Source: Adineta vaga (Eukaryota > Animalia > Rotifera). Taken from it: a stretch of DNA of 64,000 nucleotides. Location of the stretch: assembly GCA_021613535.1 (NCBI GenBank), contig CP075493.1, positions 1,860,001 to 1,924,000 on the forward strand. The letters run 5' to 3'. Below, one piece after another: positions 24,090 through 37,820 of the stretch. A program made the translations under genes and the position numbers. Position 1 is the stretch's first letter. Every line of letters begins with the position of its first letter. A model generated the notes under the pieces. That model searched no databases. It was not told the DNA's origin and saw only the letters and a program-made list of their open reading frames with translations.

Positions 24090-26832
24090 TTGGGAGTCGA
24101 GGAACATTGTTTTTAGTGCTCTTTTCTGGAGAGTTTTTTCATAGGGAACCGATCTGGTGAAGAATGAATACACAGTTTGCTTCGAAGTCGTATTTATCGT
24201 ACAATAACGTGTTTTGTTTTAAGCTCTTGATTTCCGACCGTGAGAGATGTGTTTAGCATTTAAGTTGTTGATTTGTTTATGTCCGAGGTAGGGAAATCTC
24301 GTATTTGAAATGCACTATAATTTATAAATTGAAGTTTGATGGGTATCATATGATATTTTGTGAAACTGTCTACTCTTAATATAGTGTCTTCTGAAAATGT
24401 TTCAATAGTGGAAAGGTTATGAAGAAGAAGGATGACCGTCGATGCGTGTTATGAGCCTTTCAATCGGTCCGCTGCACTTATTCCCATGGGTGATCTATTA
24501 GGAACGACTGGGAAATTATTTCTTAAACATTATGTTGTGCATGAAAACGTAGCAAAATATTCTTCCGAACTTTTTTTTGAATATTTCTTATAATAGAGAG
24601 TTTAGTTTAAAGTCTGAGTGCCTCACAAATCGTTACTATATTTGTAACGTTAGAGAGTTGGGGTTGACGTCAAGATAAAGTGAATGACGAGTTTGACAAC
24701 TTTATTTAGTTGCTTCTTTTATTTGACGTTTGATGTCTAATGATAGAAAGATGTTTTGTATTCGTACATCTTTCAAGATAAAAAAGTAAGTTTTAGAGAA
24801 AAGAGTGTATCGCAGTCTGAATTAACTAATGATTAGAGACACAATTTAGGATATAAATCGCATCTGGATGCAACTTCCGATATATTCGAGCTTAAATGAA
24901 AGACGACAAAATGCATTTGTAAACACAAAGAGTGTTTCATATTTACATAGTGACCCGTACTTATTAGTCCTTTCCTATTCATTATCATTCTGAGAATTAC
25001 AAGAGTATGATTAATTCGCGAGTAGTAAAGTCGTTCTGTCTTAAGTTTACACATATTTCTTTTTGAATATATTCATCATCGGTGTCGATGAAACCGACTA
25101 TACTAGATCTGTCGAAGTTTTTCATGCTGTGCATTCAAATAACTACACATGATAATGAACATTTAGTTGTTGAATGTACATCCAAAATAGTTTCTTTATC
25201 TAATATGAAGATTTTGTTTATTTGAGAAATCAATGTGAACTGCCTTTCTGAATTCATCGATTGTGATGAACATTTCTTCTAAAATATACCATCGACGCAT
25301 GTATCATGACATTTGTTTCATTGAACCGATGGCATATGGATCACTGACTTTTTGACTATGAATATATTCATGAAGTATATAATTGTCATATTTACACTAA
25401 ATGGAAATGTTCTTTCATATAATATTGGTATTTTAACAAAGATAGGATTATATCTAACATGAATTAACAAATAATATATAACATTAGTCTAAAAGAGATA
25501 ACAAAATTAATGATAAACTTTGCTTGGTTTGATTCAATCAATTTGGATTGCAATGCTCTAAATATATTTGTAAAAAAGTATCGAATTCGTATAATAGTTA
25601 CCTGTAACCTTTGAACAATTTCACAGCATCCAAACAACGAGAATTCAAACGAGTGTTGCATCATAACCAAGATAAAAATGAAGACATGATCAAACGTCAT
25701 TCGAAAGACGAGCTTGTAAATTTTAAAATAATCGATTGTAAACGGATATTATCCATTGTCATAATTAGGTAAATAACTATTGAATCTATACAAAAAATTC
25801 AATAAACTCTTTTTCTTTATTTTCTAATACTTGATGTTTCCAGATAAAAACTGTCTCTTCTATCAGAAAACATATACATTTTGACCAAAATTATAGACTA
25901 TATGATTGTTCGGTCTTTTTTCAATGTTTTAAATTCTAATGAAAACAAATAATAATGTTGATGTCTTGCGTAGAAGAAGTTTTTCTTTTCTACTTTCATG
26001 GCAAAAGAAATAAAAAAAACTTCCATATTTAGACTTACGAAATGAGAACAAAATTAAAAATGAACATTCCGTAAATTTCATCTATATTTCTACTCATTTT
26101 GTTTCTTATTTATAGACAAGCAGTAATTTATTAGAGCAACTCTATTTTCATTTAATTATCATAAGTGTTCTAATCCTTTTTGATCATTGTCTTTGAAGGT
26201 AGTATTTGTTTAAAGCATCATGTGATATATCCTTCTCATTATCGTCTTTCGATAGATCCCTATTATTTTATTCTTCTATAGAATAATTTTGTCTATTCAT
26301 TTATGTAAATCTAGGTTTACAATAGAAGAACTTCTGGAATACTCGACTGTTTTTTTCGAAACCTATTTAATTCTCATTTGATCGTATCTTACGTTAATAT
26401 TACGAGAAACTATGTTTTATTTCAGATTCTCTCAACATTAAAAATCTATTGTGGAACACTTTCATATCATTTTCCTTCGAAACAATTTGAGGTCAATTAC
26501 CTCTATACTTTCCGAAATATACATAATACATTATGACTTTCTCATATAGCTCAATGGAATATTCACTCGTTGATAATTCAATATATTGTAATCAATTGCT
26601 TTTTTTAGTATCGTGTGTTCCATAATTTCGTTATTTATCAGCAAATTTATTACGTCAATATGGTCCTACACAACCAAATTTATATGGTATGATGTTGATT
26701 AATTTGACATATGCATCTTTTAAATTCAAATCCGACGTAGTTGATATTTTTGAACAATTTTTTATCAATCATTTTCCTACTATTGAAATTTTATTCATCA
26801 CATCAGATATTACGTAGATGTATAAAAGCCTA

Positions 26833-28667
26833 CTTTGAAAATAAAAAAGGAGTTTTCGAGAACCTTTTTGGAGGTTCGGCCCGCTGGTAAAATTCAGAAC
26901 CCACAAAAAGCTTCTGGCTCAAAGAGGGTTCTGTTAAAACCTAACAGAACTTTTCATTATTCTATACAAAAATAAGGTTCAGTCTGACATAAAAGGTGTG
27001 TTTAATGGTTTTTCAGAAAATTATTTTCTCTTTATATCTAGGTTGATTTGTGCACGTATTCCAGTGTCGCAAGTGCGTCTTTTTATGTTAAGCTCTCAAA
27101 TAGACCGAAAGAGTGAATTAAGCTACAGTCGAATCACGCTTTTTGCCTGCTACCGATTGGCTCAATTCAGCCCTAACCTAAGTCACTTTCTCAGTCTGTT
27201 TTTGACCTTGTAATATAAACAGACACACTTGCAGTACTTGAATACGTGTACAAATCAACCTAGATATAAAAAGAAAATCATTCTACTTTTATTTCTAATA
27301 TCCCACTTACCATTTCTCTGCAATATAGATCGGTCTAAATATAAAAGAAGAAAATATTTAGTTTTCTATATAAAATATAACTCACATTTCGTTAGACTTT
27401 CGATCTGAATCTAAATGACAATAGAAAATATTCAATCTAAAATTCAAAGTATCAATCAACTTTAATCAGATATGGCTATGAACCGAAATGATAACAATAA
27501 ATATTTAACATATTGTTTTGAAAATAAATCATTTTTACCCACATATCTATACAAACCTAAATGATAATAGAGAATGTTTCATTTCGTATTTAAAATATTA
27601 CTTACTCTTAATCAAATATCGATATGTACCTATACAACAATAAGAAATATTTCATATGATATTTAGTTTCGAAAGCTGTCCGAATAGAGAAACCGCTGAA
27701 AAAGATCATTTTATTTGTAAAGAATATTTTCAAAAGATTGAGCTCGGTGAAATGATAAACTTTTGAATAGTTCTTTAGTTCATTTCATCAGAGTTCATGG
27801 ACTTGAGCTGATCAACTCCTACCCTCTATTGTTGACATAACATATAAGTTAGTTTGAGCTATATTAGAGCCGTTCTCTGTTAACTTGTAACTGCCCTGAA
27901 CATGATTTTGTTACATGTAAGTAATAAGAGAAAAACCTTCCTCATATTTGGATGACTGAAAAACTGCTTGGAATAATCATATACTGATAGTGGACTCTCA
28001 CCATCGTCGATGCAAAACATTAAGTTGTTCAGTTCATACCTAAGATCGTTATTGACAACTTGAAATGGCCAAAGCATTTCCGTTTTTTGTTATGACAAAA
28101 CTCAAAAGAGAAAAGAAAGTTGTTAAATTGTTGTTGACTTGCATGAACAAACGAACGTATATACATTTTTGAGTGTGTGACTCTGTTCTTCAGTTGAGGA
28201 AACTTACGATACTCCAACATTCACTGAGGCAGCTATATCAGGTTGCGGATTTTAGAGAAGAAACTTCACATTTAGTAACGTCGAAGGAAAAAATCTCTAT
28301 GATTCAATATTATCAGACCGAACCCTTTCAAACTGAGTATTTTTGGGCAGAATCCTTTTGGTTCAAAATAAATAAAACAGAACTTTTTTAAGTTCTGCAG
28401 TTGTACTACCGAACCAACTGGATTCAGTTTCGTCTCACGAAGGAGTTTTCAAGGTTCAGTAGAAAAATATCTAAACATTCTGTAGTTTAAGGGATGACTG
28501 ACAAAACTCTTCATAGTTTAGAATTGTCGGACAAAACCCTTTGTAGTTCAGAATTGTTGCCCAGAACCTTTCTTGGTTTCTCATATGTCATACAGAACCT
28601 TTTCCGGTTCTGAAGATGTTGCAGAACCCAAAAAGGTTTTGGAACACTCCTTTTCTTCTTTTAGAGG
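26833..28667. mobile_element. ~1.8-kb non-autonomous DNA transposon with GAACC-rich subterminal repeats
   Basis: Left CTTTGAAAATAAAAAAGGAGTTTTCGAGAACCTTTTTGG resembles revcomp of right end CCTCTAAAAGAAGAAAAGGAGTGTTCCAAAACCTTTTTGGG; repeated AGAACC/GGTTC motifs near both ends; no transposase ORF. Confidence 0.72.
27015..27284. mobile_element. ~270-bp MITE nested in the 26.8-28.7 kb element
   Basis: ~70-bp TIRs: TTTATATCTAGGTTGATTTGTGCACGTATTC ... GAATACGTGTACAAATCAACCTAGATATAAA. Confidence 0.82.
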
Positions 28668-29185
28668 ATAGATAAAAACAATTAATATCATTATATTTAT
28701 CAAATTTACGTATTTTTAATGTTCGACTAGTACCGATCGGTCCTCAGAGAGAGAATATCTAAATAGAAGATTTTGTTCAGTTTTCGATGCTGTATCTTTT
28801 AGTACATTAAACGAATAGTTTCGGGAGTGGTTGTCAGTAAATTTGATGTATTTTTTTATTCGTTCAACCAGATGCGCTAAAATTCGGATCTCGAGGTTTT
28901 CAATGATGCTGAACAAAATCAAAACATAAAATCAAGAGGAGAAATTTTGACGAGTGTTTCTTCTCTTTAAGAGAGTTTTTTAAAGAATATAGATGCGTTA
29001 ATCATCATTATAGTTCTTTCAGAGAGGGGTCAGCGAATCCTACAGATGAGCGTTGCTTGTATAGATACGTTGAACACAATAAAACTGAGCTAACGAATAA
29101 AATTCGCATTAGTTTAGAAAAAGACTAATCGTCTTTCTTAATTCACTTTGATTCAATCAATTAGTCAGTCTGCTTGAGACGAATG

Positions 29186-31040
29186 AAATCGAGTTACAAT
29201 TACTATTGGTTTTCTCTTTTCTTTTGGTTAAGTAATAGTTCTACATCATCGATGAATAATAAAACCTTGACTCATTTGTTCTCACTAACTATATCATAGA
29301 ATGGCTGATATATCTAAACATCTGGAGTGTTCTCTTCTAGTAGGAGAATGTAAATGCGATTGAAGATGACGTACTTAATCGTTCCTAGGTTGTTATGCTG
29401 TTTTTCTAACGACGTAAAATCAAAGTACACAGAATGTCACATTGCTTATCACAAGTATCTCGCGTGCCTATTTTTTTTCCTTCTTGTCACCAGTTTTACT
29501 TCCTTCGTATATATATAATGGGTGTCCCAGAATAAATTATACTGTTTATATTTTTTGAAGATTTCTCCTCTACTATCGCCATGATGGAGACACGTTTTTT
29601 TTATCAAAAGATAGCCCTTGAAATTCTCTATAAAATCACATATGATTAGATCCAAACGCTGTTTAGGATATATTTGAAAAATTATGAAAAGTAATGACAT
29701 ATAAAAAAGTTGCACAACATAACGAATGGGCGCGCTTTGCGTCCCAATTTTTATCACTTACTTTGCCTCAGTAGAAAAAAAAATAAATCAAAAGATGCAG
29801 CGTGAAAACCTCTACAATTTATAAAGAACAAATTATAAAAAGAGGAAATAAGAAAAAAGAATTCAACTTGTGCCAAAACGATATATCATTTTCGCACAGT
29901 CGAAATTTGATGACTATAGAAACTTTGTCTATTTTGGAAGCAAAAATTGCAACCATAAAATAGGCGGTCTTATCTAAAATGTAGAGCTTTTCACGGTGCA
30001 TCTTTTTGTATGTTTTATTTTTCTAACAGGACGAAGTAAGCGATGAAAAAGTGGGACGAAAAGCGGGACCCATTCCCTATGTCCAATCCGTTACATTTGT
30101 CAGCTTTTAGTGTCGTTATTTTTCATCTTTTTTCAAACATATCCAAAATAGTTTTTGGACCTTGCGATATATAGTTTTGTAAAGAATTTCAAGGGCTATC
30201 TTTTAATAAAAAAACGTGTCTCCATCATGGCGATAGTAGAGGAGAAATCTTAAAGATACAAACAGTATAATTTATTCTGGGACACTTGTTGTTTATTAAT
30301 ATGCACATGAATTGTTTTGTTTGTGTTATTTTCTTCCTATACATCTGATGTATCAGGGATAAAGGTCGAAAAAACAATCAATCTTTTATTATAGAATAAA
30401 TTACTCGACAAAGATGATTTTAGTAGAAATCATGAATAGGTATTGTATCGATGATATCTAAGTGTTTAATTTATGATTGAATATTAAAACCAAGGGAATA
30501 ATCATATCATGATACTCGCTTTCCATCTGTCGTCGTTTAGCAATGACTTTGCGCAAAGAAATAAAATTAAATAGCGCAGTTTTTTTTAACTGTTTTTATC
30601 ATCAATGAAATATCGGACAAACGTTTTGTACTTATGGTTATAATAAAAGTGAACAAGTACGATAAATGACTTGAAAAATAAATTCATTATTAATTTATAA
30701 TTGCGTTTCAAGTCCAAAGATAGTTTTTCACGATTGAAACTGAATTCTATATATTATGTATGATGTAGTAAATATTGAGAATCGAATTATCTTTCAAAAC
30801 AATGAAATATATCAAGTTCTAATGAATACAACCTGAGAAAATTGTTCTCAGTGACCTGATACATTTAATCTACATGAACTAAATGTCGATCATACTGTAA
30901 GAACGATCAAGAAAACATATCGTATTTAAAGAGTGGGTAGACGTTCCACTAGATAGAATATCTTGCACGCAATTTAGTTATTGTCTTACTGAATATAATC
31001 ATTACAACATATCATATTCATAATTATTACATGAAATTTG
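29186..31040 (+). repeat. Duplication copy B of the VMP1 locus, lacking the VMP1 gene
   Basis: 29186-29516 matches 15097-15430 and 30301-31040 matches 17059-17735; the ~1.6 kb VMP1 body is replaced by a MITE. Confidence 0.9.
29518..30285. mobile_element. ~770-bp foldback MITE (Tc1/mariner-like ends)
   Basis: >100-bp TIR GTGTCCCAGAATAAATTATACTGTTT...GATAGCCCTTGAAATTCT / AGAATTTCAAGGGCTATC...AAACAGTATAATTTATTCTGGGACAC; inner IR at ~29792/~30000; inserted in a (TA)n run; right end appears clipped. Confidence 0.88.
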
Positions 31041-31468
31041 ATTTAAAATGGGAGAATATATTTTTACATCCAAATCAATCATTTAGATATTTTCTTTTAT
31101 GAGAATTCCAGTGCAAGCATTTCATTTGTATAATAATCTTTGATTCACACAGCAGATGTTTCTTTCTTGAAACGATATTAGAACAAGGTAACATGCACTC
31201 AAATAAACCAATATAGTCATCAATCCATTCATATAAGATCATCACCTTGAATTAGTATTAATAAAAGAAAACAATTACATGAAATACTTATTTGTTATAA
31301 ACTTTATTGTAAACATTAACATTCACAAAATATTTTAGTAATATATGAACTGATAAAGGATCTTTTTTTCTTCTTTCTCTTTCTTTTGATTTACAAAACA
31401 AGAGAAAAAACTTTATTTTCATATATTATATTTATATCACGTGACAATTAAAATTGAATTAGTTCGAT

Positions 31469-31960
31469 TTAATTTTGATGACAATATCTTGTTATTTCTG
31501 AAATATTACAAAGATTTTCACAACAGGATTCTGTAATAACATGTTTGGTTAAACGTGTTGACGAGATGGCTCGTTTCGTATTCGTTAATTTATAAGATGA
31601 TGCCGATCCATCTTGTTCTAAAACTCGACAAACAACACTTAACATTAAAAGTAAATTTGGACCACAAGCATGATAAACTCGTTCTAATAAACAATTTTCA
31701 ACTCGAAAATTCTTTTTGCGAATTTTAATCACGCTATATTCAGATAGCAATTGATTATCATATTCCACAAAACATTGATTCGATTGAATACGTTGTTGAT
31801 AAGTTATTCCTACTGATTTAATGTGATGTATTGTTCCATCAATTTCACGACGAGTTACTGAATTAATCTGAACATTAGAATCTATTCTTTCCATCGATAT
31901 ACTTTTATTGATAATGACCATTGCAAATAAAGATAAAATAAAATATCTATCTAATATCAT
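31469..31960 (-). CDS. Insulin/relaxin-family peptide precursor with N-terminal extension (ILP copy 1)
   Basis: Signal peptide; B chain 'ACGPNLLLMLSVVC'; KR site; A chain 'ITESCCENLCNISEITRYC' (CC-x3-C-x8-C). Confidence 0.9.
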   Translation of the reverse strand: MILDRYFILSLFAMVIINKSISMERIDSNVQINSVTRREIDGTIHHIKSVGITYQQRIQSNQCFVEYDNQLLSEYSVIKIRKKNFRVENCLLERVYHACGPNLLLMLSVVCRVLEQDGSASSYKLTNTKRAISSTRLTKHVITESCCENLCNISEITRYCHQN

Positions 31961-33334
31961 GATTTCGTTTTAAGAAGAAAAAAATTTGGACGCTAAATGA
32001 AAAGTAAATTTAGTAGTTAACACTAGATAAAAGAAATTGTCCTACTTAATATTTGTAATATGTTCTATTTTGTCTTCGTGAAGAAATATATTTGGATATG
32101 TTTAGTGAAAATATTAGCCGTATATATATATACGAGATATTCTCTGCAAAAAAATAGAATAGAAAAGAAGAAAAAGAGAAGGAAACACACGAGGAAATTT
32201 GTTCTTTTCTTTTAAAAGGATTCTGATCATGATTTAAGCATAATTGTCATAAAAGTTATAAGTATGCTTATTTTAAACAACAGATGGAGAATAGAATGTT
32301 TCGCTATGATTTTCATAGGAAATGGACATGATTACCTATAAGTCATACCTTTGTTCTATTTCTCTTAAGAAACTGTATCCATGACGCCATCAAAAATACT
32401 TATTTAATTAAGAAATTTCATGGTATGCAAATCTTACGAGTTTAATTCGACTAATAAATATAAACTATTCTTGAATGTATTGATTGATTCATTTTTTGAC
32501 AAACAATTTCTATTGAATACAAAGAAAGTATCCGAATACGTTTTTATATTTCAGATAAAGACGATGGATGAAAAAAGAATATAACTATAGCGTTAATAAT
32601 AACGAGAGCAGAAAAAGAATTAAATGTAGATATTATATGACGCCTCCTACGCTGTCCTCAGTGTGAATTTTCACAAAATACAGGAAAAATGATGTTTTCA
32701 GGATATTCGGTACACATGGGATTTCTTTCAAAACTATTGTATATTCTAAGATGAGTTTTCGAACGAATATTTCAACTGATACTTAGTATCGGTAATAAAA
32801 AGTGTTTATTAAGCATAAATGTTTGATCCGAATATTAATAGTAATATGATTGACATCAAGTAATAAGAGAGAAACATTCGCTTGGAATTAGCATGTGTTT
32901 TATATAAATATTTGAAGAAATATATTTGTTGATTAGTTTTTATGTGAGAAAATTCATAAGACAAGATCCTATGTGCTTAATTAATTTAATCCGCTTTATA
33001 ATTTGACAAGAATGAAATATAGAGTTTTGTATCTTTTAGTAGTGAATATAAAAATTAAATAAAATAGAACTTTGCACTGACATGAAAGATTATTGAAACA
33101 AAGAAAAGCTTTTCTCTATTAGAATAATAAATTATGACTTTTCAAAGGATTCGAATATTTCATGACATATATATATAACGTGGAAGCACAATATTTAGAG
33201 GTTTTTTTATTGGAGTTTTCATAAAATTTTCTTTTTCGACAAAATAGAACAAAAAATGAATATCATTTGAAATCTTTTTTCTCTTCTCTGTTCTTCTTCT
33301 TGTTCATTAGGATTTTTATTTTTAATAAATTGTA

Positions 33335-33857
33335 TTACCATCTCGAAGAACAATACTGAACAAATTCAGCTATTGTACATGCACTTTCGCAACAATAATT
33401 ATAGCCGGATCTATTGAGAAAATAATTTGGTTCATTATTTGTTTGTTGCCGTCGTTGAATATGTTGTTGATGATTTTGTTCAGCAGTTGAACAAACTAAA
33501 TTTCGAAGTTGATTAAATAATCTTGAACCACATGGAGCACGATAAGCTCGATTTAATCGACATTCTTCGACTTTAAAGAATTTGTTTTTTAGTTTAATAA
33601 CTTCACCTTCAGTTAATTGTTTTGATTGATCTCGTAATTCCACGCTACATTGTTCTAATGAAATAAAAACATATACATATACAGTATCTTTCATACGGTC
33701 CACTCACCTTGATAGAAACACGTTGATTATATGTTATATTAACACTTTTAATTGTATATTGTGTTCCATCGATATATTTTTGTTTGGATGTCGAATCAAT
33801 GGCAAACGATCCTGATAATGAACAGCAACAAACTAATAGAAGAAAAGTACTAAACAT
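33335..33857 (-). CDS. Insulin-family peptide precursor with N-terminal extension (ILP copy 2), one intron ~33655-33707
   Basis: Signal peptide MFSTFLLLVCCCSLSGSFA; B chain 'PCGSRLFNQLRNLVC'; A chain 'YNYCCESACTIAEFVQYC'; splice phase problem noted in findings. Confidence 0.82.
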
Positions 33858-36800
33858 GTTATCCGATCTTGTTCTTGTTAATAATAGAAATGGTGAGAAT
33901 TATATATAATAATAGATGAGTATCGGGAAAAAAGAAAAGAACGTCGACATTCGAAAAGGAAGAAAAAGTACTGGAGAAGTACTGCATGAACAACGTTTGT
34001 TGATGTTGAATAAAACAAAGGAAGCAAAAAAAGAGAGAGAGAGAGAGTAATTATTTCTAATTGTGTTGAACATTAATCCTAGAAAAGAGATCTTTTCTTT
34101 TTCCTATTTTAAAAGAAGATCCAACATTATTGCAGAAAGCATACTTAATATGTTAATAATCTATTTTAATGTTGATATAATGAGAATATCTTATAAAAAT
34201 ACTTGAGAGATTATTCCAGACAATGAACGTCAATAAACGAATGTAGTACATTCTTTAACTCTTGATCTTATGATACGACGTCATGCTTTAGTACTCAATT
34301 TACACCCACCCTCAAATATGTCAGAATAATCATTTGACTATGACGTTTTGTTGATAATAACAGTTACATACGGATAAATTTGAAGAACTTAGGATTAAAA
34401 AAAATGACATTTGATTTCAGTTGAACTACATCATTTATGAGAATATCTTTTAATGATATTTATACACAGATGAAAAATTAGTCATTCAAATAATAATACG
34501 AATAGGATATATTCGTCTTCATCTTGTTTGCCAAGCAAAATATGTATTCATTGTCAACAGTACTTGTCTTTTTAATGAGATAGAGCGAAAACATCATCAG
34601 TAGAAAAAAAGACATTCTTACAGTTCATCTGAACTTTATTGTCAAATGTGAAGTGCCTTCTAGTATACTCGTTTCGTTACTTTTCCGTGTATATAATCAC
34701 GCATGTTTTTATTCAAAACACTTAGACAACAATTTGCTGTTTTTTTCCCTTTCCTATTCATTAATTAGTTTTCAAGTAAATGTTCATTTCATGAAAATTA
34801 TAGGACTATTTCAGTTCATAAAGTATTAAGAAAATAGAAAACTCTATTTACGAATTTTTTTCAAAATATTATAGAATATAGAATGCATTCTCTTGTAACG
34901 ATCTTCATTTTAATATTAAACTATTAAAAAAAATAGCGAATTAATATATAATTTATCATTTTGATCAACGAAAACACAATGTTTCTATAGAAAGAATTTA
35001 GTAAATACCATAAAGTTAATCAATACTATGTAGGTAGTAATATAAATTTTGTATGAATAATAATTCTAGTTTTTATTTAGTCTTGTATCTAAGATTGATT
35101 TTATGAATATAATATGAATCATTTCTTGATTTTGTACATAAATGTTTGATAAACAGAAGTTCTAATGTTGATCAAAGTGGTTCTTTATTTGCTCAATACT
35201 TTGAATACTATATGCAAGATTATGTATAGAAATGAAAGAAAACGAATGAAATACGTAGGTTTCTGTTAATTCATCGATCGAATTTATATATATGTATGTA
35301 TAAATTCGCATGCATATGCACATCTACTTGACTCGATATGCATAGCCTAGATGAAACTCATTCATCCGGAGGATTGTCGATTAATATAGTATGAAAGAAA
35401 AAAAGTCGATACGAAAGAAAAAGTAAAAATATATTTCGAAAATAACTTTAACATCGTTCTACACGGATAAATTCTTCGAGTTTTTTCTTTCTCTCTCTAA
35501 TATCACCCATCATCCCCGATTTATTTAATACAACATTTTGCAATCATTGATGAATAGAACGTAAAGAGAGAGAGAGAAAAAAAAAGAGAAAAAAGGAGGA
35601 CTAACATTATATAAAACTCACTTATGTATATATGAACTTAATCCTTATTCAATTCGATAGAGCATAAAACTCTCGCTTCTTTCTTTTTCTTCTCTTCGAT
35701 TCGTTTATTTCTTTAGTTTGAAATTTTCGAAAAAAAAAGTTTTTCAAGTAAAAATCTTAAGTAGATGATTCTAATTCTTCTCAATCAATCATCCATACAT
35801 CAACTTTTTCATTTTTCTTTTTTTCATTTGTATTTATATGCATATATATATCGCAAATCATCAATGCTAGAATTCATTTTCTTTAGTTAAGATAGAATCA
35901 AACTATTTCTACCCTAGATTAATCTATCATATCATTCATTGCTTTTTTTTGTTTTTATATAGACATGAACTAAAATTCTGTTTCGAAAAGTTAGACATCG
36001 AGGTATAACTATCTGCTATTAAAACAAATCAACATGCGAATTTTCTTCTAAAATCCATCTCGTATTTCTTTCTATTCTCGAACCATCTGTGTTTCGATCC
36101 CTGCACTTTTAGTACCACTAAATCTCCTCGATATATATATATATATGTGTGCTTGCCTTTTTGAATGCATTACATCTGCATATATTCTCGTCGTATAAAA
36201 AAAATCTTTTCATTCTTCTTTGTCTAGATTGACTGACACAAATATCGCTACCAGTTTTGTTTTTTTTGTATTTAAGACAAAACTAAAAAGTCTAAGCATT
36301 TATTTCTCCTCTCTTTCTCTCCATCGTATTTAGTTTTAATCAAGATAGATTTTCATTTCTAAAGAAAAATGATGAAATCAATTCTTAACATGTTAAAACT
36401 CCCATTAATTTTTTGTACATATAAATTGATCTAGATATATGTATACGTACAGGTAAGAATCCTCCACATTAAATATATGTAAATGTGAGAAATCGATTTC
36501 TCTTGACTGATCGTGTCTGCCTATGTAATAGATGATAAAAAATACTATATTTTTTTCTATCACACCTTTTTCCTCTTTCTTGAAATTACTTATATATGAC
36601 GCGCGAAAAGAAGATGATAATTGGAAGATCACGAAGAGAAGTAAACGATGCTGTGTGTATGTATATGCGTCTTTGGCCTTCGATCTTCTCTTCTTCTTCT
36701 TTTTTTTACGAAAAAAAACTGCGCGCATACAAGCGCATCATATGTGTTATAGACGTGCGCATCTTTACTTCTTCCCTGTTCTCTGCCTGACATGTTCTAT

Positions 36801-37820
36801 AATCACACCAATGTTAAATGCATGTGTGTGTGTGTGTATGTGTCGAAAGAAGACGAAAAGTGAAGGGGAAAGAACGAAAGACACAAAGAAATTGAGTATT
36901 AAATATATATAATGAAGAAGACGAAGAGAGGAATGTTGCGCTTACATCGTTCTTCTTCGTTTTTGTTATAGGATACGAGAAAAAAAACGAAGATGTAAAA
37001 AAGGTTTTTTTCGGTCTCTTCCTTTCTCTGTCTCTCTCTCTCTCTCTCTCTTGTTCTTGCTTATCTATACGTGCTTAGTATTATCATCGAAATATACATT
37101 CATCGTTTCATTCATTTATCACAAAATCTGGAAAAGCTTTTTTTTCTTTCTATTAAAATCTTGACTTTTTTTAATTAGAAAGTCAGATATATATAATTTA
37201 CTCGTTTTAGTTTTAGATTCAAGTGATTTTCAATTTTCTTCCGTTTTTTTCTCTCAATTTTGATGACTCCATAGTACAATCATCATCAGTGATCAGGTAG
37301 GAAAGAGGAAAGTCAAATATTACCTAAAGATATTGATCATCAACATTTTCATGTCATATTTCTTAATATTGACTACGGTTACGGTCTATCGTCAATGGAT
37401 CGATCATTCATAGAAAACTGCATATTCGATCAAGATGATTTATCTCTCTCTTCTTCTTCTTCTTCGTCTTCTTTTTTTTTCTTTCTCTCTCTCTCACTTT
37501 CTAAGCTTTTTTCAAGCTCTCACCTATATACTACACCTGTAATCAAGTAAGAAAACGAAGAGGCCAATGGTGTTGTTGTTTGTTGTTGTTGTTTTTGTTA
37601 AAGAGGTAAAAAAACGGTGAAAAGAAATCATATAAAATATCTATAGACGAATAGATCGCAAAAGAAATGTACATCTATAAAATGATGATCAATCAAAAGT
37701 GACATGTGCACATATATAAATATGTGCAGTATTCGAGACGACTAACTATCAATATATTTGATTTTTGTTACGTTTCTCATATTTTCTTCAACTTTTTCTT
37801 TCTCAATTCAAGCACCGGTG

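Larger units (their letters stand above)
26420..28720 (+). pseudogene. Decayed F-box/LRR-family gene fragment interrupted by a MITE
   Basis: 'FRYLSANLLRQY...LINLTYASFKFKSDVVDIFEQFFINHFPTIEILFITSD' before 26830; 'QLISLYLSNLRIF' resumes after 28667; multiple stops. Confidence 0.5.

Noticed and set aside
24830-25750. Possible additional decayed gene on the minus strand
   Set aside because: Only short ORFs without a motif I can identify confidently.
35279-35310. Perfect 12-bp inverted repeat CGAATTTATATA...TATATAAATTCG
   Set aside because: Largely (TA)n low complexity; no support for an RNA gene.
36405-36912. ORFs of 64-126 aa upstream of the zinc-finger gene
   Set aside because: Low-complexity promoter/UTR sequence (poly-T, CA/TG repeats), not protein-like.
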